In this document: piece by piece, positions 1 through 12,455 of the stretch
Numbering within the stretch: position 1 is the first letter of the stretch
Layout of the letters: every line of letters starts with the position of its first letter
Source: Calcarisporiella thermophila CBS 279.70
Taxonomy: Eukaryota; Fungi; Calcarisporiellomycota
Assembly: GCF_041956535.1 (NCBI RefSeq)
Contig: NW_027192199.1
Span: 675,741 to 739,740, forward strand
Direction of reading: 5' to 3'
DNA: 64,000 bases
Notes under the pieces: model-generated
Database searches by the model: none
What the model was told of the DNA's origin: nothing
What the model saw: only the letters and a program-made list of their open reading frames with translations
Program-made: the position numbers and the translations under genes

Positions 1-160
1 GAGCGCAAGATGATGAGGACACTATCACTAGGGATCCATCTCTCCGTAAGCGTAAGATTGGAGCAAGATGTATAGCCACGACTAGTAACGATCGATTGTA
101 ATCATTTATTGATTAGCATTTCCTCAGCATGCCCCTTACTGACAGGTAGATATATTATAG

Positions 161-2616
161 CCCAATTTTCCGCATCATAAATGCCATTCCTCCACCTCCG
201 CCCTCATCCCCACCTTCCTTTGCCCCTTCCGACGATGAAGTACCTAAACTTCGACTAATGCAACCGCAACCTTCGCGGCCTATTCACTTTGCCCATTTTG
301 CATTCCGGCGCAAACCTGTTGTCACACCGAGAAAAAAGAAGCGGAGACTGTGGGTTGAATCGGATATTGCCGATACAATGGGGGCTGACAATTTAGTTAT
401 GGCTGCGGTGGATCAGAGGGGATATGTATACTGGATCGATTTCGCAGCAAATAGGTAGGTACGATGATGCCCGATGGTGAAAAGTACACATTTCAACTTA
501 ATAGAATATGTGACGGCTAGATATACTCTCGTGACAAAAACTGGCGTATGTGCCTCGGCAGTAGAAGTGATAGCTGGAGAAGGCCACAGTGAGATTGTGG
601 TTGGGTTTTCCGATATGTCACTTCGGAGTTACTCAACTGGTATGATTCCCTCTGCTAATAATCAAGGCTGCTGGCATTTTAACTTTTCTCCTCTCACTCT
701 TCTGAACCTCGACAGAAACTCGTCAGCAGCGAGCCGATATAAGACTTCAATCACATATTGGCCCCATCCATACGTTTTCCTCCCACCCCACTCTCCCTCT
801 TTTACTTGCTACCTCCTCCACGGAGGCCACTCTCTGGGACACTCGCGACTGGAGTAAATTACGTGTACTCTCCTCACCTCTTTTCCTTCCAATATACCAT
901 GCGTTGTTTACACCTACTGGAGAGGAAATCGCCACAAGTTTTGGGGATGCAAGCGTTGTCGTCTGGGAACTAGATGGGTTGGCACAGGTATGGAAGGTGG
1001 TTGGACTAGAGGGTGCGAAAGAAAAAGAGGCAAAGGGGCCCGTGTTGGCAATAAATGAGGATTTAATGGCAATCGGATGGAATGGCCTGGTGCAAATATG
1101 GCGACGCAAAGAGAGAAGGCTCGCTCGAATCATTCCGCTAGAACGTATCACCTCCTCGCCCATCTCGCAGCTCATCTTTCTCCCGGCACAAAATGATTCC
1201 AAAAATCTTCATACCCTTATAGTAAGATTCACAAATGGCCGCGCGGTTTTTCTGGAGTTTGAACCATATGGCTCCCATCCTGCCATTGTACACCGTCTTC
1301 GAGGCATCGACAAAGTCAGTGAGCTGGAGGTTCGGGGAAATCTGATTGCCGGGATTGGCGAAGAAGGAGGGACGATTTGTGTGTGGGAGCTAGAGGAGCT
1401 TGTCGGTGGCGCTAGGAAAGAGCAGCGAGAAGGCATACCGGCTGTAAGTAAAGATGGCGAAACTGATAGCGAGGCGTCACTGTTGAGTGATGAGCCATCT
1501 ATATTCCAATGGCACGAGGGCAAAGAAGAGAAGGAAATAGGGGGTGACGGGCAGAGGAATAAAAGAACACGTGAGTCGCGTCCTGGAAACGAATTGAATC
1601 GCGAAGCCCTCCTGAAGAATTTAAAGAAGGCTGGAAAATACCCAACCAAATATCGTTCTCAAATTTGGAAGTTTCTTCTTGGCTTGCGGGGTGAGGACTC
1701 CAACGTCCTATGTGAGTGTGCACACCAGACTATACTAGATCGAGTGATCTGCTCTTTTGGCAAATGGCTTGGCCGATTGGAGCACACGCAACAGCCAAAC
1801 ACCTCGGATCCTATGTTCTTAGAGAAGTGGACCTCTGTGGTTGCAACGCGCCTTTTTCAGGTGTTCTCTGGGCCAGCTAGAGTAAGAAGTGAGGAGGAGA
1901 AGAGGAGAGAAGAGCCAAAAGTGGCTATATTGACGATCGAGGCGCTAAAGTGCATTTACGAAAAATGGCAAATCTCGAATTCTAACGTAGAGGTGGTACT
2001 TGATATCGTGAGCCAGAGCAACAGATGGCTGGTCCGCCATTTGAAGGAGTGCGAGATTGTGAGTAGCAGTCGAAGTTTACCGAGGGAGAAAGCTCATTAA
2101 ATCCATGTAATTTTTGGATAGGACGGCTCGAGTTGGATGGCCGATGTTTGGATCCTTCCGGTAGGCCCCTCTCAGCGAGAGGACGATGGATGGCCCATCC
2201 TTTTTGATCATCTCATATCCCACTCGCGCTGCTTTTGCGAGTTCATGATGGCAGCAAGATTGCTTCATCTACAGAAACAGCTTATCCGTACTCAGGAATT
2301 TGAAGATTTGATCGCGAACGATATCATTCCAATTGAGGATTTGTTGGACAACACTTACTACATTGTGCGTGAAATCGCCAAGACTGCGGACGTGGAGCAG
2401 AAACAAGTACCTAGGAAGCGAACAGCAAGCTCCTCCCCAGATGCACAAGCACGTGCGCCACCGCCATTTCGGATCGGCGTACCAAGAACGACGAAGATGT
2501 TGGAGAAGGATGCCGGAGAGGAGAGGACTTGTGAAAAACCAGTCGCCCGAATGACTTCTGTAGATATATGGAACCAAATATATCTTGAGGAAGTGGAGAT
2601 AGTACGGCAAAAGTAA
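161..2616 (+). CDS. WD40-repeat + degenerate Rab-GAP (TBC) protein, TBC1D31/WDR67-like; multi-exon, 5' end uncertain (may begin earlier or outside the window)
   Basis: Spliced ORFs give ...MAAVDQRGYVYWIDFAANR|YTLVTKTGVCASA..EIVVGFSDMSLRSY..ATLWDT..FGDASVVVWE (WD40), then LLKNLKKAGKYPTKYRSQIWKFLLGL. As recalled, this resembles the TBC1D31 segment 'GEYPTKYRMFIWRSLL'. Last exon WPILFDHLISH... ends at TAA 2616. Confidence 0.65.
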
Positions 2617-2922
2617 ATATCGAAACATGCTTCATGCTATCTACATGGAGGCTAACGGATTTTATTTTATTTCGCACTTTAGGCTATTCGGTAAATCTGA
2701 AGAGCACTCTGACGACATACCTATGTAATTGTACCATATGCTTAGCTCTAATTGTGTTGATAATTTTGTAATGTTAAAATGTGGATTTGGATTTTTCGAA
2801 GGTCCATTCATAATCTGCAACCTTCTGAAATTTCACCGCGTTAACAATATTAGGGACAGAGAAAAATAATAATTTATGATATTATTAAGATTAATATAAT
2901 TCCATTAGTTTCACATGGTATA

Positions 2923-5009
2923 ATGCTATCTCGATCCACACCCGAAAGAACCGACCCTGTACAGCATCAAAATAACCACCATCACCAACCGACACTAAAA
3001 TATCCATCCATCGTCCTAGAGCAGGTGTTAATAGTGGGTGCCTCCCTTTTAGGCGGACTGCGGCTATATGGTGGGAAGGGTGACAATGCGATCGTAGGCG
3101 TAGATCTGGCTGCATTTTCACTGGTGGCATGGCTTGTATACTTCTTACCATTCCGGAATCGCTCAAAAGCAGAGGACACACCCACATCGCCACCTGGAGA
3201 AGGGCGGAGAAGGGAGCGATTCGATGGCGCTGTGCGAGAATTAGAGGATTGTGAGGCGACCCCCGTGCATCGACTATGGGGTGTACCGGCAAAGTATTAT
3301 AGGTGTGCAGAGTTTTGCTGTAGCTGCATGCGAAAAAAAGGAAATAGCCAGTATTGATCTATTAATGCTTCGATATATAGGCCGTTCGCTGACGATGGGG
3401 CTCTGTACGGACTACTCCTACTCCCTACGCTTGCTGCTGCAAAACTGCTGGATGCCTTGAAAGTTGGCGGTCATCCTGTCAACCTCGATTATTATCGTTC
3501 CTATCTTGAACTATGTCTACTTTTGAGCAGCTTGACGCTTCCACACCTTTTCACCTCCAAGCTCCGTCCCCCTCCCACTCGCTCTCCAACCGGCATCCTA
3601 ACGCTGGTGGAGGCGGCGACCGTGTTCGGGGGAATTGGACTTGTCCTATTGATCGAGACCACGAATTTCATGCCAACTCTGCATAGTAATAAGCAATCCT
3701 TGTGAATTTGATACGAGGGAGCATGTGCACTAACCCATTTGTAATAGAGCTTCCCTGGCAGTATACCCTGTTTGGAGTCGTGTTCTATAAACTGGTGCTC
3801 TATTTCCTCGCCTTCGCCTGCAAGCGAAGTTTTACACTAGGCGAAATGGTAGCGGTGGCTCAGGCTTTAACGGTGCTGACGATGCAGGCATGGTTGGAAA
3901 CCGCTGATAAGGTATTGTATCCCTTTCGAGAACAGGGCTACGCGTGGGACTCTGACTGGCATCTCTTTTGGATCTCTTAGCTCAACTGGTTTCTTCTCCC
4001 CGATTTCGCCCGAAATCAAACACCCGACTTGGTGCAAACACATATCCACGCTCTCATCCTCGGGGTTCTTGTCGCTGCGCTTGTGACCTACCCAGTCCTT
4101 GCGTGGAGCCGCCGGCTGGCGCAAACACCCACCTGGAAGAGCAAAAATGCCGCCGGGCTTGAGCGGTCAAAGCGGTTGGCTGCTGCCAGTGTGTATCTTG
4201 GTCTGGTGGCCGTAGTGCTTGTGCTGGTGAGCCCGTGGGTGCAGACCGTGGCGGGAGTCAATCCGTTCGCGTGGGTGATTACATTTATTTTCGGAAGAGT
4301 CGCCCGCGTGATGCTATGTGTCTATTGGGCGGTGTGCGTGATAGTGTCCGTGACCTTCATGGCACTCTTGCAGCGCCAGCGCCGGAACAATCGCCCCATG
4401 CTTAGCCTGAACAGCAAGCGCAAGTTCTTCCACGCAGTAGCGGTGTTTTTGTTTGTGCCTGGATACATCTTTGACGCCGCTCTGCTTCGGTTGGCGTTCG
4501 GGGTCGCCTTAGCGGCATTCTTGTACATAGAGCAGTTGCGATATTTCGCGGTGCAGCCATACGGACGAGCGCTGCATGTTTTTCTTGCCGACTTTCTGGA
4601 CCCGAGAGACGTGGGGCCCGTCATCCTCAGCCATACGTACTTGTTGGTTGGATGTGCAAGCACGGTCTGGCTCGCGCATCCAAACACGAATAACTGGGTG
4701 GGCGCGCTGAGCGGTGTACTGAGCCTAGGGTTTGGAGACGCGCTGGCCTCGATCGTTGGCAAACGGTGGGGACGACATCCATGGCCGCAGTCAAACAAGA
4801 CCGTAGAGGGGAGCGCTGCATTCATAGGGAGTGTGATCGCCACTACGGCTGCCATTGCTTGGTGTTTAGGGATAGCGTGGGGTTCTGGGGAATGGCTGAG
4901 GTTCACGGTGGTTGTTTTGCTGACGGCCACAATAGAAGCTATATCACGACAGAACGACAACCTATTCATACCGCTATATATGTTCTCCCTTCTCTCTCTA
5001 GTTGCTTGA
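2923..5009 (+). CDS. SEC59: Dolichol kinase (multi-pass membrane, CTP-dependent), multi-exon
   Basis: Motifs RKFFH, DPRDVGPVILSHTYLLVGC, GFGDALASIVGKRWG, KTVEGS and QNDNL, plus many TM segments. Confidence 0.9.
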
Positions 5010-5293
5010 ATTTCCTCCAAAATATCGAACTTAATAGAGACTCTAATGATCTATTTCGAATATGACGGCGAGAAACGCAAGCGGCCCCACGTCGAAAGAC
5101 ATGGATTCCCCGTTAAAGCCTGCAATAGAATGAAACCAAACGGGCTCCGCCGAGCCTTTGATTTTAAGTCAATTTCAATTGTGGCTCTACTGACCAAGTA
5201 TGAGCATAACGCGTAAATTCGGGTGGGGAACACAAGGAAACTCTATTCTTTCGCAAAAATAATAAAAAAAAGAGTAATTACACCAGATCATAT

Positions 5294-6182
5294 ATGCCAA
5301 CATCAAAGGAGTCGACCACCATCTCAGAGGATCAAAAGGACACCACGATACTCCGCCGGAATCGCCCAGGCACAAAGGCTGAGGTTAGTGTGGCGTCTCA
5401 TCATTTTTACATTCTCCAATCTAAATCTAAACTTCTTTTCTCAGGAGCTCTACAACTGGCCCCACACCACCCACGATCACCTCGATTCCGCCTTCTCACT
5501 GCAGGAGTATCTTCAGTCGCTCATCCGTCATGAGCGCGCCGATGTCGACTCGCAGGTGACCCTGCCAGATGGACAAACTGCAGAGGTGTGGCAGTACGAA
5601 CATCTAAGGCAGCTCTGCCTTGAATTAACTCAGTTCATTGCTTTGCTGGCTCCCGAATGTACAAAAGAGACTTGCCCCGAAATGCGGGCTGTAGAATGGC
5701 TGTATCTGTGCTCGGCCCACACTACACCGCAAAATGTAACATATGCATCCCCTCTCCTTCATGCCGATCTTTTTCTCCATAATTGAATTCTCCTCCATTA
5801 TCTAGTGCTGCGCGATAGATTATATGGTGCACACTCTCGACGGGGCAACCACCCTTCTCAATAGTAATCGTTATTTTCCTAGCCGCATCTCCATCCCCGA
5901 TTCTTCCGTCAAGCATTTCCAGTCGATTGCCCGCCGACTGTACCGAATATTTGCGCACGCATACTATAGGCATCGGGAAGCGTTCGAGAGTTTTGAGGTA
6001 GGATTGCATACGAGAACGGGAATTGAAGCCAAAGGTCACTAAATCCTCTCTTGTGATAATAGAATGAAACGCATCTCTACACGAGGTTTTTGCGGCTCTC
6101 CGAGGTGTTCAATTTAGTGCCCAAGTCACTCATCATTATTCCACAGCAATCGCCTGGCAATACCGTCGCGGTTGACACATAG
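5294..6182 (+). CDS. MOB4: Mob4/phocein (STRIPAK subunit), 4 exons
   Basis: [12 protein letters not shown]|[80 protein letters not shown] introns; TAG at 6180-6182. Confidence 0.92.
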
Positions 6183-6537
6183 CCAAGCTCAAAAGAATCG
6201 GCGAAGTGGCTCCGAGCTCATCTCTATATCCATCCTTGTTATCCTTCTAGTGTGTTTTTTTTTTCCTGCATCCAAGCCTATTCCGTTTCTCTGTTTTCGT
6301 CACTCTTCCGAATAGACGACAAACAAGGCGAATCTTTTGAGCAAGAGTAATATATCTAATTTAGACAAAACAAAATAAACTAATGATAGCACGATAAAAC
6401 AAACATGTTATGACACAAGGTAAATAGAGGAGTATAAAGAACACGAAGCAGAGTGAAGGATATTTAGTGTTCGAGGATTAAGATGGAGCGAGGGAGGGAG
6501 GGAGGGAGGTTTTGGAGGGAAAACCAAAAAGGAATCA

Positions 6538-7433
6538 TTATTCGGAAGCAGCGTGGTGGGTTTGTGGACTAGCTACCAGATAGTATGGAAGACAAGGAAC
6601 CAGTTTCGAATTCTTCTCACATTGAATCAGCCATTCCGGCTTGACAATCGGAATGGACAGGCGCATGGCCTTTTCGAAGTTCTTTCCCCCCGGCAGCGTC
6701 GCAATCAAGTGCGTGGTATCGCTGGTCACCTCTTCATTCCACTGGGCATCCACTCGCTGGATCACTTCTTTGAGGTCTGTGATTGTTTTGTCGATCGCAT
6801 CCTGCGCGCCATCGAATGCACCGAACGAAATATTTAATCCAGTGAGATTCGCCATGGCATGGGTCCGCACACGGACTTTGTTCGATGGGTAGACCCCCGC
6901 TGATGTCCGAAGGATGAGACCAAAATCGTACGCATGCTCTACCTCAAGGCCCGAAATCTTGGCAGTCAGCTCGTCTTTCCCTCTGGTCTGCAACAGCTGG
7001 CCATCGCGGTGCACCTCTAGCCTGCGGAACTCGGAAGAATGAAGGACAAGTGGATCCCACTCGAGAGTCACGCTGGTCTGGGTGATTGCGCGAACTCTGA
7101 GTACAGGGGCTTCCGGAGAATGCGTGCCAAATTCGTTCAGAATCGTGTCCTGAATTTGCCAGAATTCGTTTTGCTGCCTCTGTTCAGCATCACGATTCCG
7201 TTGAACCGAAATATTGACAATACTACCCGATGTTACGCCCTTTGGCAGGAGGAGCGAGGGGAATTCGATCAGGTGGTGGTCCGCGGTTAAGAGAAGGGCC
7301 TGAATTCAAATCCATGGAGACGATCCCACATTAATATAGATGAATGACGCGTCCCTACGAAATAATTCCAACTTACCATGCCTGCATCTAGTTTGCCCAC
7401 GGTAAATTGGACGGATGAAGAAGATGCTGCCAT
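6538..7433 (-). CDS. CHS5: Exomer subunit Chs5 (CHS5_N + FN3 + BRCT), 2 exons
   Basis: MAASSSSVQFTVGKLDAGM|ALLLTADHHLIEFPSLLLP (CHS5_N), FN3 domain (LEWDPL..RTSAGVYPSN) and BRCT domain (TTHLIA..IPIVKPEWLIQCE). Confidence 0.92.
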
Positions 7434-7658
7434 GATTGCTTTTCTAATTTAAAGCTCGCTTTTGGTATAGAGGTAAGAAGCTTATACTCGAATATACTAT
7501 GTTAAATGTGGCTTTGAAAATAAAAGTCTGTAATTTTTAATTAGCCGCACAAAGTTTTCTAGACAAGAGAGAATGAAAAGAATAAAAGGCAATAAACCGT
7601 ATGCATGAAGCAGCTAAAAGTATAATGGAGGAAGTAAAGATAAAAGGCGATAAACAAA

Positions 7659-8851
7659 TTAAGCTATTTCTTTTTCACAAACTACTGATACAACTGCCAA
7701 ACATTTTCCGGAGAATGTCCCTATTATATTGGAAGACAAAACGGTGAAGAAATGAAATTGCCAAGACGAAATATCCAATGCTTACCGGCCATAAGGGATG
7801 TAGCTCGCACTAAATGGAGAGGAGGGGCGAAAAAAAGTATAAGTAATAGTACTCTCCAATTTCATCAGGAATCACTCTACTCACATATACCAAACAAGTG
7901 CAACAAATTGAATAATCACGAGGATAATTACAAGAATCGCGTTTTGCAGCTGTCAGGTAGAGTTTAAGTTAAGTAATATAGATGAGAATAAGAGATGTAT
8001 GAGGGAAATGTACCGTAAAAGCAACCACAAGAGTGGCAACCAGGACGCCTAGATACACGACGGAGGCAACCACTCGCACTGTTGTAATGGAATAGATATT
8101 AGCCCCTGTACCCCCTGAAAACCCAAAAATCATCACAATAGTGCAGTACCAGGCGCAAACATGGTTTTTAATTGTTTCAGGAACCCTACAATAAACCCCG
8201 TACTACCGAGTCAAAAGATATTAGAGTGCAGGAAATGGGATGGAGAAATTCAAAGTGTACCTAACAAGCGATAGGATATTGCCTAATGTATAGAGAACGG
8301 CAAATCCGGCGATATTTAGGAATGTTAAGAAGATGGTGGACTAGTACATGAATCAGAAACATCAACCATTTCAAATTAGCCAGGAATTGGTCATCATTTC
8401 GGGATGCTTACGAGGATAGAAATAACTAGCCCAAGGAAGAAGCTAATACAGTTGAAGATTAGCAAAATATGCTACAATAGAATTTAATGATTGATGTCCT
8501 TGAATACCATATGCCAAATCCATAGAAACGCTGTGTTCTCGTTAATGTGCAGCACATGTTAAAAGAGTCTAATGCACATATAAGCATAGGGAAGTGAAGG
8601 AAATGGTTGATAAAGTGAAAGCCAAGCATTCAAACAGTTCAACATACCGTCCATCATCCCTGTGGAGACGCATCATACAAATAGAATGGAACATAAAGAA
8701 TCAATTTAGACATTTTTTTTCCAATAGTTAGACATTCCCGCAAGAAATTCAAATCTAAACCAGTGGGAAAATCTATCCATATGATGTCAAATGCAAATTC
8801 ATATTTACCCTGATCGTCCGAGCTCTGAAATCGTGTAAATGGTAGTGACAT
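7659..8851 (-). CDS. SFT2: Got1/Sft2-family vesicle transport protein (many short exons)
   Basis: Assembled MSLPFTRFQSSDDQG|MMD|DSFNMCCTLTRTQRFYGFGIC..FAVLYTLGNILSL..STGFIVGFLKQLKTMF..QFVALVWY..LSYIPYGR|DILRKMF. Confidence 0.85.
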
Positions 8852-9173
8852 TTTTGGATATGCTTCTTATGAATAAAAACACGGTATGCTTCTGGTAAGG
8901 GATGATAATAATGGCTGTTTCTCTTAAGGTGACGATGGGATCACGATCCTGAATAAAAATGTTCGAGATGGGGAAAAGCAGCTGTTCCTATTACTGCGGC
9001 AAGGATTTTGTGTAACTGGATAACCACAATCCGGCGGTTTATGGCTTGTAATTCGGTCATGGAAGCTTAATATTTCCATGTCAATTAAATAAATGTCCAT
9101 TTTATTCTTCGATATGATACAAGTGATGACAGAGAGCAGCCCGCACCCCCCTCTTCTTCTTTCCTTTTCTGCA

Positions 9174-10938
9174 CTACTGCGAAGATCGAAATTGCTGTAA
9201 ATGCTGCTGCAAAAGTTGCATAATCTGCGGTGTGATTTGAGGGGTGATGGTCGCACCCGCAGAGCTTGCGCCGTTACCCCCACCAAGACTCGTGGCATCA
9301 AGGGTAGTGGATGCGGTCCCAGTCAAGTTAAGAAAATTGGAACCTGCAGTCGCTGCAGTCTGAGGCAAGAGTTGAGCCAGTGCTCCCAATAATGCCTGGT
9401 GCTGCTGGGCTTGGGTCTGTTGTTGCTGTTGTCTTTGCTGCTGTTGTTGCTGCTGTTGTTGCTGGGCCTGCTGATACTTGAGCAGTCGTTCTTGTTCCGC
9501 CCGCACCCGTAATGCCTCTTGATATTGCTGCTGAGCCGCAGAGCTAGCTATCCGTTCATCCATAACCACATGGCGCTCACACATCACCGCTAAATAGGTG
9601 GGGTGCGACTTTTCAGCCTCCTTTTTAACGTATTCAAAATATTGGGCGAGGAGTTCTTGTTTGCGCTCAAGGGTATTTTTAGCAAAGGCAGCCTCTTCTT
9701 CGGAGGTAAGGGGTGGAGGGGAGAGGAGGCTCTTTTTGGGGAATTGGAAGACGTGGTATGGAAGGAGACGCTCAACCGCATCTTTAATGGAGCTAAAAGG
9801 GCGTCTCAGGTCAGGATTGGTTGCTGCGCGCTGATCCTCCATAAGTTGCTGGGTTATTCTATCATCCGAACGAAGTGAAGGAGACATGAGCATCAGTATA
9901 CATGGGGGACGCCAATGGATTAAACACCCATACTCACCGCCGCTTGACTTCATTTTGGTGCGCAATCTCTTCAGCACTGCGCTTCACCCCCTTGTCATCA
10001 GTGGTTTTTGCCTGCGCTGTTACGGAGACAGGAGTGGGCGTAGGGGTCGACACATTCCCAGCTCCACTAGTATTTGGCGTCCTCACCTGATGATCGATCG
10101 AGGGGGTAATGGAGCGCTTTTTTGAATATCTTCCCGTTTTCAAGTACTTTCTGGTTGTTTTTTCTCCGGTACTCCCCGTGTTTAATACCGGCTGTGTATG
10201 CCTCACGGGGGTGACCATCCCTGACGAAGGAGCCACGGGTGTATTGGAGGCGGGGCGCAGCGCAGTTTGTGAGTTATGGAAACGCTGAATGTGTTCTATA
10301 AGGCGGGTGCGCTCAGCCTCAGACAACGAGCTTACGGACATGTTGTCTGGTAGTTTGTATACTATTTGATCGCGCTTGCGTACCATTAACACCGTCTGGC
10401 CCGAAAGCTCAATTTGGGTGACCTGCTCTTCTTCGACGGGGAAGACATTCGGAGGCTGCTGTTGGTGCGAGGAGGTGGAGCGGAGAGGTGTCGAGGATGT
10501 GGCGGAGGGAGTGGGGGTGAGTGTGGATTGGGCGTGTTGTTGGTTGGTCAAGTTTGGAGTGGCATTGCTGCTAGAGTTGGTTGCTGGAGTTGATGTGGGA
10601 AAAGCGGTAGATTTGTTTGGTTTTGATGATGGTGTAGAGTAATCCTCCCCCTGCGAAGAACCAGCATTGCTTTCGTCACTCGACGTTTGGTCATCGCTCT
10701 CTGCCTGAATTGAGAATATTTAGTACGACTTGGCTATGTTTGCATCAGGTCAAGGATCACTTACTTCGCTCTCTTCCTCATCACTATCATAAACTTTTGC
10801 ATTTTCGTTTTTTTCGCGCGATGCGGCATCGTCGCTCTGGTAGTTGTATTCTTCATCAAAGCCCTTCCCACTCATGTCAGCAATTAAATCGGGGCTAGAG
10901 AGGCCTGACGGAAAAGAGAGATCGTCTGCCTCGCTCAT
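9174..10938 (-). CDS. GLTSCR1 (BICRA-type) conserved-domain protein with Q-rich C-terminus; 3 exons
   Basis: PDLRRPFSSIKDAVERLLPYHVFQ is the GLTSCR1-domain signature. Introns lie at ~10764-10706 and ~9938-9860; poly-Q at ~9400-9475. Confidence 0.75.
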
Positions 10939-11305
10939 GGGTGGAATGATAGGCCAATGCGGAAAGGTATTGAACAGAAGAAATCAATGCAATCAAGTCG
11001 CCAAACTTAGATAACAATAAGTTGAAAAAAAAGTTAGGGTGAAAAGGCGATGAGAGATATAAGACTCGAGAAAAGTATGATGCGGGGACACACTACTCCT
11101 GCGCTAATCACGGCCCATTCGAGATCTTTCTCTTTACTTTCCCTCTTGAAAATCCCTTTCAACTATAAAATCGGCTGCGACACATTCAGAGTTCTGAAAC
11201 CTTCAGCCCCAATCGTGGATGATAAAACCCCGCAGCCTTGGAAGTGAAAATCCCTCTACCACAATCTTCTTATCCAGAAATCTTCCAAAGTAAAGCAACC
11301 AAACC

Positions 11306-12136
11306 ATGGCTCTTATCAATGAATCATCCAACGTATCAAGTGAAAGTGACTCAAGTAGTAGTAATTATGCCATCCCCCTCCAAAGCTTTTTTCTTGCAGA
11401 GGAGGACGGGATGGCAGATGAATCCGTTGCTACAGCCGTGTGCTTCACTACCTCCGGCACCAACAAGGAGAAGGTCTTTTATTATTCACCGTGTAAGTAC
11501 TTTTTCCTCATTGCAAAATCATTTCACCCTCCCTAATCGAATCTGCTGTTGTTTGCCTGCACCGGACTCTAGTCGGTAGGTCCACCGGGTGGTATTCCTG
11601 ACGTCCCTTCAAGGCCAAAAGGGAGACCCCCCTCCGACAGAATCACTAACTACAGGAAGCGAGAGAAGGAGCATCAGCAGTGGCGTGGCTCTGTTGATGG
11701 AGGCAGCAAGGGTGGCAAACGCAACTTGTCGACTGAGAAGATCGATGCAGTAGTGACCGTGCACCTGGAGAATCATAGCTGGCAGGGCACTGTCATCGAT
11801 AAGACCCTTATGCTTATGTGCCCTTTGATTGGAGAAGATATTGATCTTCGAGAAAGGTAAATATCTATTTTTTTTTTTGTTGTGCTACTCTACCTCAAGT
11901 GCATGCTAATGATCGATGTGTCATCAAGTTTGGTGACGGTTCTGGAACTAGCTGAGCAATGCCTAGAGTGCCATCGGGTGATCATCTGCCTGGAGCGCCA
12001 GGCGCGCGCACTCAACATTGTGCATGACCTTTTATTTGTCGGATTCGAACCGCTCCACGGAGTTCAAGCTGTGAGCTACCTGTCGCCCGCCTCTTTTGAC
12101 GTGAAAAAGTACCTACTGCTGAGCATTGACCTCTAG
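11306..12136 (+). CDS. OAZ1: Ornithine decarboxylase antizyme; requires +1 ribosomal frameshift at TCC-TGA (11596-11601); introns 11493-11572 and 11857-11928
   Basis: Spliced ORF1 ends ..FYYSPFGRSTGWYS-TGA. The +1 frame continues DVPSRP..SWQGTV..DLRESLVTVLELAEQCLECHRVIICLER..IVHDLLFVGFEPL, the antizyme domain. Confidence 0.93.
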
Positions 12137-12455
12137 CTCGCTTACTTCTCTTCATAGTTAAATTATGTTGAATGTTATTGGTTTCAAGCCTGACATAGTG
12201 CACTTCTCTCTTTTTTTTTTCCCTTAAACATACTATTCTATACATATATACATACACACATAGGTGTACTTAATCTGCTATTTTAAGTTCAGTGTACTTT
12301 TTGATGAGTAATATAAACAATTATTTCATTCAGTTTCGGGACAAGTGGTCTTGTGGATGAAGGGAGGTTTATTTTTTTATTACGAAATAGCATTTGGACA
12401 GCTTAGAAGACTATAATGCAAGGAGGAGAGATAAGAACAAAAACAAGATTCAGTA

